From Candidatus Dormiibacterota bacterium (GTDB taxonomy: Bacteria; Chloroflexota; Dormibacteria; Aeolococcales; Aeolococcaceae): a DNA stretch of 64,000 bases. The stretch lies in assembly GCA_963709585.1 (NCBI GenBank), contig CAVPXI010000007.1:160001-224000 (forward strand), written 5' to 3'. Shown here piece after piece: positions 49,857 to 59,528 of this stretch (position 1 is its first letter; every line of letters begins with the position of its first letter). The translations under genes were made by a program, and so were the position numbers. The notes below the pieces were generated by a model. It searched no databases. It was not told the DNA's origin and saw only the letters and a list, made by a program, of their open reading frames with translations.

Positions 49857-51967
49857 CTATTCGACGCTGCCGAAAGCCTTGATCTCCTCGAGTTCTTGCG
49901 GCGACAGCTCACGGGGTTGATCGCCTTTCGCCACCTTCTCGGTCTGGACCTGGTGGCGGATGCTCTCGACGATCTCTGGATTTGCCAGCGTGGTCACATC
50001 GCCAACGTCGGTGAAGTTGGAGATCGAGGCGATCACCCGCCGCATGATCTTCCCGGACCGGGTCTTGGGCATGTCGGGAACGATCCACACGTTGTGCGGA
50101 CGGGCGATCTTCCCGATCTCACGCTCGATCGCATTGACGACCTTCTGCTTGATTTCGTCACTCGGTGGCACACCCGGTTTCAGCGCGATATACAGTTCCA
50201 CCGCTCGGCCGCGAAGCTCGTCGATGACCGGGACCGCTGCCGCTTCAGCGATCTCGTCGACCGTCAAGCACGCCGACTCAAGCTCCTTGGTCCCCAACCG
50301 GTGCCCTGCCACATTGATGACGTCGTCGACCCGACCAAGGATCCGGATGTAGCCATCCGCTGCCTGGACGGCGCCGTCACCCGCGAGGTACGGCCAGTCG
50401 CGCCAGTCCTTGCTCTCCGGGTCCCGGCAGTACTTCTTGAAGTAGGTGTCCACGAACCGCTCGGGTTGACCCCAGATCGTCTGAAAGATGCCCGGCCACG
50501 GGTTGCGGATGCAGATGTTGCCTGCGCGATTGCTCCCCGGCTCGACGACGTTGCGATCCTCGTCGTAGATCACGGGATAGATGCCGAGGACGCCAGGGCC
50601 GCAGCTGCCCGGTTTCATCTGGTCGAGTGCGGGAAGCGTGCTTCCAAGGAACCCGCCATTCTCGGTCTGCCACCACGTGTCGACAATCACCGCCTCGCCC
50701 TTGCCCACGACGCGGTGATACCAGCGCCACACCTCGGGTTCGATGGGCTCCCCGACCGTCGTCATGTGCTTGAAGTGGTAGTCGTACTTTGCCGGCTCAT
50801 CGGGGCCGAACTTACGAAGCATCCGGATGGTGGTGGGCGCGGTGTGGAAGATGTTCACCCCGAGGCGCTCCGCAATCCTCCACGGCCGGCCCGCGTCCGG
50901 ATAGAGCGGGACTCCCTCGTACATCACGCTCGTCGTTCCGAGCGACAACGGTCCGTACACGATGTACGAGTGTCCGGTGATCCAACCGATGTCAGCAAAA
51001 CACCAATACGTGTCTTCGGGATGGATGTCCTGGTAGTACTTTGAGGTACCGGTGACGTACGAGAGATAGCCACCCGTGCTGTGGACACAGCCCTTCGGGC
51101 GTCCGGTGGTACCGCTGGTGTACATCATGAAGAGCGGCGCTTCGGCCGGCATCGACACCGGCTCGACCATCTTGCCCGCGTAGTCCTTCATCAGCTCGTC
51201 GACGAAGAAGTCGCGACCTTCGACCATGGGAATCTCTGGAGCTGTACTGGCCGGGGTGGCGTCGCCAGACCAGTACCTTGTCCACCTCGAGACCCTGCTC
51301 GCGAGCCACCGCCACCGCTTCATCGGCCTTGGCCTTGTGGTCGATGAGTTCGCCGTTGCGGTAGTAACCATCCATGGTCACCAGGATGCGGCTCTCGGAG
51401 TCGGCCATACGGCCTCCACAGGCCGTCCCGCTGAACCCGCCGAACACCTGGTTGTGGATGACGCCGAGGCGGGCGCAGGCGAGCATCGAAACCGGGAGAT
51501 CCGGAACCATCGGCATATGAAAGGTGACGCGGTCGCCGACCTTCACGCCGCCGAAACCGCGCAGGAGCGCAGCAAACTCGTTGAACTCGTTTGTAGAGCT
51601 CCTGGTAGGTGATCGCCTTGGTCTCCTCGGCTTCAGGCTCGGGGACCCAAATCAGAGCCGCCTTGTTGCGGGACTTCGCAAGGTGACGGTCGACACAGTT
51701 GACACTTGCGTTGAGGCGACCACCGACGAACCACTTCCAAAACGGCGGATTGCTGGTGTCGAGCGTGGTGTGCCAGTACTTATCCCACGTGAGCAGGTCC
51801 GCGTACTCCTTGAAGCACTCCGGGAAGTTCTCCTCGCGGAACCGTTCGCGGATGCTCGGGTCGCTGGCATTCGCCTGTCCGATGAACTTCGGCGGCGGGG
51901 CGAAGTAATCCTCCTCGCGCCAGTGCACCGCGATCTGGGCTTCCGTGACCTGCACTTCCACTGCCAT
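49857..51967 (-). CDS. acs: Acetyl-CoA synthetase with two +1 frameshifts (~51585, ~51236)
   Basis: YTSGTTGRPKG, DTWWQTE, GRVDD, PKTRSGKIMRR spread over three frames. Confidence 0.9.
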
Positions 51968-52031
51968 TGGTCGACCTCCGAATACTCGCTGGACCCCCTC
52001 GCCACCGTTCCGAGATGAACGCCCCCGACTC

Positions 52032-52319
52032 TTAGCCCTCTGCAAGCAGCCTTGCAGAGACGGCGAACTCGCGAAGCTCAGCAGCCATCGTCGCCTGGGA
52101 GGCCAGGGCCTGGAGGTCACCTCGCGCAAGAGAGTCCCGGCAGAGCCCGCGGAGCAGATGGAGGGCCTGCAGGGCCAAGGTCGGCAGCATTTCAAAGGGC
52201 GCTGTCTCGGTCGCTGCGCGCAGCCGCGCGAACTCGAACGCGGACTTCTGGCTCGGAGCGATGGCCTCCAGTTGCACCAGCCGAACCGATAGCTCCCCGA
52301 TGATGTACTGCTCGGTCAT
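52032..52319 (-). CDS. Hypothetical helical protein (95 aa)
   Basis: GC3-biased ORF 'MTEQYIIGELS..CRDSLARGD'. Confidence 0.6.
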   Translation of the reverse strand: MTEQYIIGELSVRLVQLEAIAPSQKSAFEFARLRAATETAPFEMLPTLALQALHLLRGLCRDSLARGDLQALASQATMAAELREFAVSARLLAEG

Positions 52320-52440
52320 TGCCAACTTAGTCCGGCTCTGCCGTGTGAGCGGATCCCGACGGCTTGTCCAGGTTCGGTCGCTCCACATGGTGCTCCGCCC
52401 CGCTGGGAAGGTCAAGCCAGCCTTCGGTTCCTCTCCGCTC

Positions 52441-55071
52441 TCAGCGAGCCCCAGGTGCTGGGGTCGCCGCCACCGCCGCAAACGCCATCGATGTGGTCGG
52501 CACCGCGACGTTGTGCGTGAGCAGCCTGCGCATCGCCAGCGGCGACAGCGGTTGCCCAAAGAGAAATCCCTGAGCCAGCTCGCACCCGAGATCGTTGAGC
52601 TCGCGGAGACACTCCTCGGTTTCGACGCCTTCGGCGATCACGCTCAGGCCGAGACCGACGCCGAAGTTGAACACGGAATGCGCAAAGCCGATCGACTTGA
52701 TGGGGCCGCAGAGCGAGGCCGTGAACGACCTGTCGATCTTCAGCACATCCACTGGGAAGTCCTGAAGCCTGCTCAGCGATGAATGCCCGGTCCCGAAATC
52801 GTCGAGCGCGATGCGCACGCCCAGTTCGCGAAGCGCATTGAGGCAGCCGATGATCGGCTCGGTGTCATAGATGATGTCCGCCTCGGTGACCTCGAGGATC
52901 AAGCGGCGCGCGTCGAGCCCGGTGTCCTGCAGGACGCTGCGGACGCTCTCGGCGAAGTCCGGCTCACGCAGCTGGCGCACGGCGACGTTCACGCTCACCG
53001 AGACCGGGTCGGCGCCGGCGACCTCCGGCCAGCCCTGCGCCTCTTCGCAGGCGCTGTGCAGGACCCATGCCCCGAGCTGTGTGATCAGTCCGGTCTCCTC
53101 CACCAGGCTGATGAAGTCGTCCGGCAGCACGGTCCCGCGAGTGGGATGTCGCCAGCGCAGCAGCGCTTCCGCGGCGACGATCGAGCAGGTCGAGACGCGC
53201 ACGATCGGTTGATACACCAGCTCGAATTCGACGGACTCCACGGCGTGGTAGAGATCGGCCTTGAGCCGGTGCCGGCGCTGCACCGCGGCATACATCGCAG
53301 GCTCGAACAGCTCCCAGCGCGACTTACCCGAACTCTTTGCGGTGTAGAGGGCGAGGTCGGCGTTCTGGAGCAGCTCCTGGCCGTCGCAGCCCGTGTCCAC
53401 AGCCGTTGCGATGCCGATGCTCGCGTGGGTCAGCACCTCCTCGGTGGCGATGATGAAGGGCTCGCGCAGTGCCTCGATCACCCGCTCGGCGATGCGTACC
53501 GCCGCCGCAGGGGCGTCGATTCCGATGAGCAGGACGGCAAACTCGTCACCCCCCAGCCGGGCGGCGACATCGCCGGGACGCAGGCACTGCCCGATTCTGT
53601 CGGCGATGGCCCGGAGGAGCTCATCGCCAGCAGCGTGACCGAGGCTGTCGTTGACCGTCTTGAAGTCATCGATGTCGATGAACAGCACGCCCACGTGCTG
53701 CCCGGTCTGCGCCAGCGCCTGCTCGACTCGGGAGCCGAAGAGCAGCCGGTTCGCCATCCCGGTCAACGGATCGTGCGACGCCTCATGGCGTAGCTGTTCC
53801 TGGAGCACGGTGAGCTGCGACAGCGAGTGCTGCAGCCTTCCCCGTTCGAGGATGACGCCGGTCTGATTGGCGAGCATCTCGAGCAGACGCAGATCCTCGT
53901 CATCGAATCCGGTGACCTCACCGAGGCGGTTGGCGATGAGCATGGTTCCCACCATGTTGTTCTCACCGCGCAACACCACGGCCATGGCATCGCGCAGCCC
54001 GCGCCGTTCCAGGAATCCGCTGGGATCGCTGTCGGCCTTGCCGTGGGCGCTCAGCAACAGCGGCGAGTTGATGAGGAGCCTGCTCATGAACTGCAGTTCC
54101 GCGTCGTCGAGGATGACGGGCGTCATGAACTGTGTCGTCTGCTCCTTGTCAAACGCCGTCCGCACGACAGCATCGCGTTCACGTGTGGGGAGGAAAGTGA
54201 TCTCCGCACGCTCCGCACGGAAGACCTCGCACGACTTTCGCAGCAACGCTGCAACGGCGTCATCGACGACTGCGGTGCGCTGCAGGTCCTTGCTCGACTG
54301 GTAGAGGAAGTCGACCTGATCGCGCTTCTCACGTTCGGCGACATAGAAGCGGTAGGCGATGAAGACGCCGAATGTCGGGATCGCGAGCAGCCAGATTTCG
54401 GCCGGATTCTCCCAGACGATGCGCACCCCGATCAGGGCAAGACAGGTGTTGACGACCGTGGCCGCCTGCGCGAACCCGAAGGTCGATGCGATACCGGCAC
54501 GATCGATACGCCCCTCGGAGAAGGAAATTGCGGCGAGGATCACCAGTGACTGGATCACCCCGCCGGCAAGAATCGCCACCAACACGCCGGCGAAGCTGAT
54601 CACGCTCAGTGGGTTCGTGTGATCGACGAGGTGCGTGAACAGCACCGCGACGACGCTGTTGGCGACCGTGAAATTGGCCAGGTTGAAGGCCACCTTCAAC
54701 GGCGACTGGCGGCGATGGATCGACAATGCGAAGGCGGTCCCGGCGACCATCGAGAGCACCACGACCAATGGCGGCGCGAAGAAGAATCCAACGACCAGCG
54801 GCAGCTCACTGAGCGAGAAGGAGTGAGCGTCGCGGCGGAACTGGATGTGGACCACGAACACCTCGGCCGCACAGAAGAGCGGGATGAGCATCCACCAGGG
54901 GGTCTGGCGCGGCGCCGGAAGTCCGTGAAGCCGGGCCACCACCTCGACCAGGAGGACCACGGCGGTCGCCGCGAGCACCAACGTCAGAAGGTGGACTCGG
55001 TGTCCCCTTCGAGCCGATGCCCCGTGTCCGGGATCGCCCGCAGATGCGGCGTCCTCGACCTCCTTGGCCAT
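52441..55071 (-). CDS. Membrane sensor (MASE9-like)-GAF-GGDEF-EAL protein
   Basis: ~7 TM with 'KVAFN', GAF 'FDDEDLRLL', GGDEF, AEAL, DDFGTGHSS. Confidence 0.9.
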   Translation of the reverse strand: MAKEVEDAASAGDPGHGASARRGHRVHLLTLVLAATAVVLLVEVVARLHGLPAPRQTPWWMLIPLFCAAEVFVVHIQFRRDAHSFSLSELPLVVGFFFAPPLVVVLSMVAGTAFALSIHRRQSPLKVAFNLANFTVANSVVAVLFTHLVDHTNPLSVISFAGVLVAILAGGVIQSLVILAAISFSEGRIDRAGIASTFGFAQAATVVNTCLALIGVRIVWENPAEIWLLAIPTFGVFIAYRFYVAEREKRDQVDFLYQSSKDLQRTAVVDDAVAALLRKSCEVFRAERAEITFLPTRERDAVVRTAFDKEQTTQFMTPVILDDAELQFMSRLLINSPLLLSAHGKADSDPSGFLERRGLRDAMAVVLRGENNMVGTMLIANRLGEVTGFDDEDLRLLEMLANQTGVILERGRLQHSLSQLTVLQEQLRHEASHDPLTGMANRLLFGSRVEQALAQTGQHVGVLFIDIDDFKTVNDSLGHAAGDELLRAIADRIGQCLRPGDVAARLGGDEFAVLLIGIDAPAAAVRIAERVIEALREPFIIATEEVLTHASIGIATAVDTGCDGQELLQNADLALYTAKSSGKSRWELFEPAMYAAVQRRHRLKADLYHAVESVEFELVYQPIVRVSTCSIVAAEALLRWRHPTRGTVLPDDFISLVEETGLITQLGAWVLHSACEEAQGWPEVAGADPVSVSVNVAVRQLREPDFAESVRSVLQDTGLDARRLILEVTEADIIYDTEPIIGCLNALRELGVRIALDDFGTGHSSLSRLQDFPVDVLKIDRSFTASLCGPIKSIGFAHSVFNFGVGLGLSVIAEGVETEECLRELNDLGCELAQGFLFGQPLSPLAMRRLLTHNVAVPTTSMAFAAVAATPAPGAR

Positions 55072-55209
55072 GCCCGAATCGTGCGTGACCTCAGGGTGAG
55101 CCGAACTCGCCGTGCCAGTCCTGTTGCCAAGCGGTAGCAGAGCTATCGGCGGTGCTGGCATCGGCTCGGAGAGGCGATGCCGACCAAGGGCACGACCATG
55201 GTCGCGGAC

Positions 55210-56973
55210 CTAAGTCCAGTCGTCTTCGGACCAGTTCGAAGCCGACCAGGATGCACCTGACCAGGACGCACCGGACCACGAGGCCCCAGACCATGAGGCG
55301 CCGGACCACGAGGCGCCAGACCAAGAGGCTCCCGACCATGAAGCCCCGGACCACGAGGCACCCGACCAGGAGGCGCCCGACCACGAAGATCCCGACCACG
55401 AGGAGCCGGACCACGACGAGCCGTTAAAGATCCCGCCGTTCCACGCGGAGGCATTCGCTTCGGACGAAGCCAGTGCCGACGTGCTCACCGCGTTGCCGAA
55501 GATGTCCCGCTCGCCGGTGAGCGCGTTGCCGTTGGCGTCGACGACGTGCTGTGAGCCACGCGATGCCTCGAGGCTGCCGGTGCCACTCGAGGTGGGCCAG
55601 GTCTGCGTGACGTTCGGTGTCGGCGCGTTGAGTACGGCGGCGAGGTTCAGCTCACCGCTGCCCTTGAGGGAGGTCGGGCCGTACATCGAGTGGGTGTGCC
55701 CGACCAGCAGTGCCTTCACCTGATCGGGACTGAGTGCGGGCCGCTGGCTGAGCAGGAGCGCCGCCGCGCCCGAGACGACGGCGGCTGCCTGCGACGAGCC
55801 GCTCCCGAGGAAGAAGCGGTTGCTCACACTTGCGGTGGCGCCGAATTGATCGTCGATGAACGATCCCGGATCCCGCAGAGAGACGACGTGGACGCCGGGC
55901 GCGGAGAGGTCGGGATTGCGTGTGCCGTCACCCTCGCTCGTGAAGCCCGCGGGGAAGTGATAGCGGACGGAGGTCGTGTTGTTGGTGTTCGACGCACCGA
56001 CGGCGATGACGTAGGGATCGATCGCCGGGTCGTCGAGGCCGTTGGAGTCGTTGCCCTGGTTGCCCGCTGCCACGACTACGACGATGCCGTGCAGCCAAGC
56101 CTGCTCGGCCGCGTAGGCGAGCGGATCGAGGACGTAGCTCTGTGGGCTGTCGGTGCCGTAGGAGAGATTAAGGACACCGATGTTCATGCCGTTGTCGTTC
56201 TGGTGCTGCACCACCCAGTCAATGGCGGCGAGCACCTGCGAGACATCGGTCTGGCCCGTCGCGTCGGCGACCTTCACGTTGACGATCTGCGCGTTCGGTG
56301 CCATGCCGAGGAAATGTGTGGAGTCGCTCGAGCTCACCGACGTCGCCTCGCTGTCGCGGCCGGCGATGATCCCCGCCATGTGCGTGCCGTGACCGAAGGT
56401 GTCGAGATACTCGAGCGACGGGTACTGCGATTCAAAGGAGAGATCGGGGCCGTTGACCACCTTTCCTGGGGTGCTCAGGCCGTTGACAGGGGACACGCCG
56501 GAGTCGATCAAGGCAACGCCAACTCCCTGCCCGGTATACCCCGCGTTCCAGTACGCATGGGCTCCGTCCATCTGCTCGATGTTGTACATGGAGTTGACGT
56601 CGGCCACGGGGTTGTACTGCGCGCCGGGCAGACCGTACGAGGAGCCGAGGAGTTGAACCGGGGCGTTGAGGGTGACCTGCGCGACGGCCGCCGAGGCGTT
56701 GAGCTCTGGGACGGAGTTCGCCGGGACCTCCGCGACGACGGCGTTGATCAGACTGATGTGCTGCTGGATATGGCCGCCAAGCGACGTGACCTGCTGATCC
56801 GCGGCGGCGCCCTGTCCGGGCTGCGCACGCACGATCACCGAGACGAGGTGCGCGCTGGCGTGGGCGGTGGTGGTCAGCGCGCCGGCGCTCAGGAGGACAG
56901 CAACGGCAGCCACCATCGCGCCCACCGTGCGGCGTTTGCGATCGTCCCAGCTGATGCCGTGTACCGGATCCAT
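55210..56973 (-). CDS. Secreted S8 (subtilisin-like) serine protease with Trp/Ser pentapeptide repeat tail
   Basis: Signal peptide (AHA), I9-like prodomain, IDSG, HGTH, AAGN, GSSQA; C-terminal (G[AS]SWS)12. Confidence 0.93.
   Translation of the reverse strand: MDPVHGISWDDRKRRTVGAMVAAVAVLLSAGALTTTAHASAHLVSVIVRAQPGQGAAADQQVTSLGGHIQQHISLINAVVAEVPANSVPELNASAAVAQVTLNAPVQLLGSSYGLPGAQYNPVADVNSMYNIEQMDGAHAYWNAGYTGQGVGVALIDSGVSPVNGLSTPGKVVNGPDLSFESQYPSLEYLDTFGHGTHMAGIIAGRDSEATSVSSSDSTHFLGMAPNAQIVNVKVADATGQTDVSQVLAAIDWVVQHQNDNGMNIGVLNLSYGTDSPQSYVLDPLAYAAEQAWLHGIVVVVAAGNQGNDSNGLDDPAIDPYVIAVGASNTNNTTSVRYHFPAGFTSEGDGTRNPDLSAPGVHVVSLRDPGSFIDDQFGATASVSNRFFLGSGSSQAAAVVSGAAALLLSQRPALSPDQVKALLVGHTHSMYGPTSLKGSGELNLAAVLNAPTPNVTQTWPTSSGTGSLEASRGSQHVVDANGNALTGERDIFGNAVSTSALASSEANASAWNGGIFNGSSWSGSSWSGSSWSGASWSGASWSGASWSGASWSGASWSGASWSGASWSGASWSGASWSASNWSEDDWT
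55243..55422 (-). repeat. 12 tandem 15-bp coding repeats (3x GSSWS, 9x GASWS)
   Basis: 15-bp periodic GACCA on the + strand; variation almost entirely at synonymous positions. Confidence 0.95.
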
Positions 56974-57004
56974 CCCCTGTCAATCCCCCTACTCGTGCCG
57001 ACTT

Positions 57005-57118
57005 TGCGGCACCGTTCTCCCGCCTCTGATTCCCTGAGGTGAAGGCTAAGCGGGCTCTGCATCGTCGAATCCGCCCGCCATCGTTCTGCGACGCGGTGAT
57101 CCGATTTCGCCTGCGCAG
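57005..57118 (-). ncRNA. Candidate c-di-GMP-I (GEMM)-like structured leader
   Basis: UGCGCA-GGCGAAA-[UCGGAUC/GAUUCGA stem]-C-GAUGCAGAG-[CCCGCUU/AGGCGGG stem]-..GGUGCCGCA; no clear GNRA loop or receptor. Confidence 0.35.
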
Positions 57119-57184
57119 ATCCGATGTCGCCACGGGGCGGGGACGGGACGGCGAGGGACACCCCCGCCCTCGAGCGGGTACTCG

Positions 57185-59524
57185 CTAGACGGCGAGGACG
57201 ACGGGCGTCGCTGTCCGCATCCCGAGCTGGGCATGCAGATAGCGGCTCAGCTCCCTGGCCGGCAGTGGACGCGCGAAGTGGTACCCCTGCCCCAGGCGAC
57301 AGTGCAGGCGCACCAGCTCGTCGACCTGCTGGGGATGTTCGATCCCCTCGGCAACGATGTCGAGGTTCATCGTCCTCCCCAGCTCGATGATCCCGCGCGC
57401 GAGGTTGGCCTTCTCCGAGCCGGACGCGATGTCGTCGATGAAGGACTTGTCCACCTTGAGCACATCGATGGGGAAGTTGCGCAGGTGGCTGAGCGACGAG
57501 TAGCCCGTGCCGAAGTCGTCGAGGGCGATCCGTGCGCCGAGGGCGCGGAGCTCGGACAAACGCGCGCTCGTCGTGGTGGTGTCGTGCATCAGCGCGGTTT
57601 CGGTGATCTCCAGGGTCAGGTGTGCGGCGTCGAACCCGGTGGCGTCGAGCGCTTCGACCACCTGGGCGACGACGTCCGGTTGCTGGAGCTGGCGCGCCGA
57701 GAGGTTGATGCTCAGGTGCAACGCCGCGGCGTTGGGATGTGTCTGCTGCCATTCGCGCACATCGCGCATCGACGTGTGCATGACCATGCGACCGATCTGC
57801 ATGATCAAGCCCATGTCCTCCGCCACCGGAATGAACTCCGCAGGCGGCACCCACACGCCGTCGTCACGGTGCCAGCGAACCAACGCCTCGACGCCGACGG
57901 CCTCCCCGGACGCGAGCCACACAATCGGCTGGTAGTGCACCTCGAACTCCTCGAGCTGCACGGCCCGGCGCAATTTCCCTTCCAGGTGCGCTCGATCTGA
58001 CACGACCGCGTGCATGTCGGCCTCGTAGATCATGTGCTTGCCGAAGCCTTCGAGCTTGGCGCGATACATGGCCAGATCCGCATTGCGCAGCAGCGCATCG
58101 GCACCCGTGGCACCGGCATGGTCGACCACGACGCCGATGCTCGCCGTCACCGCCAGGTCATGGCCACCGATCTCGAACGGGTCGCGAAGCGTGTCGCTGA
58201 TCGCCTCGGCGAGGACCTCGGCACCCGCAGTCGAGGTGTTCTCGGCGAGCACTGCGAACTCGTCACCACCCAGGCGCGCCGCCAGGTCGGCGTCGCGCAG
58301 CGATGCGCGCAGCCGCTTGGCCACTGCCTCGAGCAGGCGGTCGCCCACGGTATGGCCGAGGCTGTCGTTGACCAGCTTGAAGCGGTCGAGGTCGAGGTAG
58401 AGGACCGCCAGGCTCGAGCCGACGCGGCTCGCGTTGGCCACAGCGCGAGCGAGGTGCTCGAAGAACAGCAAGCGGTTCGGCAGACCGGTGAGCGCGTCGT
58501 GATATGCGAGGTGACGCATCTGATCGACGGCCTTGGCGTCGTTCAGGGCGATGCTGGCGTGATGCGCGAGCGCGACCAGGGTCTCGCGCTCGGACTCGGT
58601 GTACGTGCGGTCGGGCAGGTACGTGGCCACGGTGATGCTGCCCACAGGCTTGCCGTTCTCATGGATGGGCGCGGCCAGGGCACTTTGCAAACGCGCGACG
58701 ACGAACTCCTCGACTGCCCCGTCGTCGTGCTGGTAGTTGTCGAGAACGACCACGCGATCCTCGACGATCGCCCGTCCCCCGGCGCCTTCTGAGACCAGCG
58801 CCCGCTTGGTGGCGGCCAGCACCGTGTGGGATATGCCCGCCGAGGACACGATGTTCATGTACCGAGGGTCGTCGCGGTCCACCAGGCGCAGGCCGACAAC
58901 CTCATCGCCGAGCAGCGCCTGCGCGCCTTCGACGACAGCATCGAGCACCTCCGGGAGCGGGGCGCGCTGCGCGATGGAGACCTGGATCCTGGCGAGTTGC
59001 TCCAAGACCGTCTGACGTTCCTGGAGCAGGCGTACGAGCCGGACGTTCTCCTGTGCGCGCAGTTCGCCCTCGGCGCGCAGGGCGCGTTCCTCCTCGAGCA
59101 TGCGCAGGGTCCGGAGCGTCATCGACAAGCTACGCCCCATCGCGCGCAGCAACCCGGTTTCCTCCGCCTGGAATCCGTCGCGCCCGGAGCGCGCCAGGAC
59201 CAGGTGACCGCCGATCTCCTCGATCGGGACGCTGATCGATCGGAGCTCACCGACACGGGGAAGACGAAGAAGGTGGGTCGACTCGCGTCCGGCCGCGAGC
59301 AGTGCAGCCACCGGTACCTGGTCCCTGGGGAAGCCGATCATCTTCACGACCGCCTCGTCGGTGACCACGGCAGCCACCTCCGCCTCCAACACCTCGGCAG
59401 CCCACTGCATCGCGCAGAGCATCGCCGCCGGCGGATCCGGACTGGCCGCAACCGCAACCAGAAATTCGGCCAGCTGTTGCGTGGACCAGCTGCTCGGCGG
59501 CGTGGTGATGTCGGACCTGCTCAT
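57185..59524 (-). CDS. GAF-GGDEF-EAL protein
   Basis: N-terminal 'WSTQQLAEFL' GAF-like region, GAF, DLDRFK, GGDEF, VEAL, DDFGTGYSS. Confidence 0.9.
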   Translation of the reverse strand: MSRSDITTPPSSWSTQQLAEFLVAVAASPDPPAAMLCAMQWAAEVLEAEVAAVVTDEAVVKMIGFPRDQVPVAALLAAGRESTHLLRLPRVGELRSISVPIEEIGGHLVLARSGRDGFQAEETGLLRAMGRSLSMTLRTLRMLEEERALRAEGELRAQENVRLVRLLQERQTVLEQLARIQVSIAQRAPLPEVLDAVVEGAQALLGDEVVGLRLVDRDDPRYMNIVSSAGISHTVLAATKRALVSEGAGGRAIVEDRVVVLDNYQHDDGAVEEFVVARLQSALAAPIHENGKPVGSITVATYLPDRTYTESERETLVALAHHASIALNDAKAVDQMRHLAYHDALTGLPNRLLFFEHLARAVANASRVGSSLAVLYLDLDRFKLVNDSLGHTVGDRLLEAVAKRLRASLRDADLAARLGGDEFAVLAENTSTAGAEVLAEAISDTLRDPFEIGGHDLAVTASIGVVVDHAGATGADALLRNADLAMYRAKLEGFGKHMIYEADMHAVVSDRAHLEGKLRRAVQLEEFEVHYQPIVWLASGEAVGVEALVRWHRDDGVWVPPAEFIPVAEDMGLIMQIGRMVMHTSMRDVREWQQTHPNAAALHLSINLSARQLQQPDVVAQVVEALDATGFDAAHLTLEITETALMHDTTTTSARLSELRALGARIALDDFGTGYSSLSHLRNFPIDVLKVDKSFIDDIASGSEKANLARGIIELGRTMNLDIVAEGIEHPQQVDELVRLHCRLGQGYHFARPLPARELSRYLHAQLGMRTATPVVLAV

Positions 59525-59528
59525 GCCA

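Noticed and set aside
55243-55422. CRISPR array or DNA minisatellite
   Set aside because: No spacers; the units are in-frame coding repeats with synonymous variation.
55790-55805. Inactive protease because of GSSQA instead of GTSMA
   Set aside because: The catalytic Ser position, Asp, His and oxyanion Asn are all present; Thr to Ser is conservative.
59480-59500. SSWS in the cyclase N-terminus matching the protease repeat
   Set aside because: A four-residue match in a cytoplasmic protein; most likely chance.
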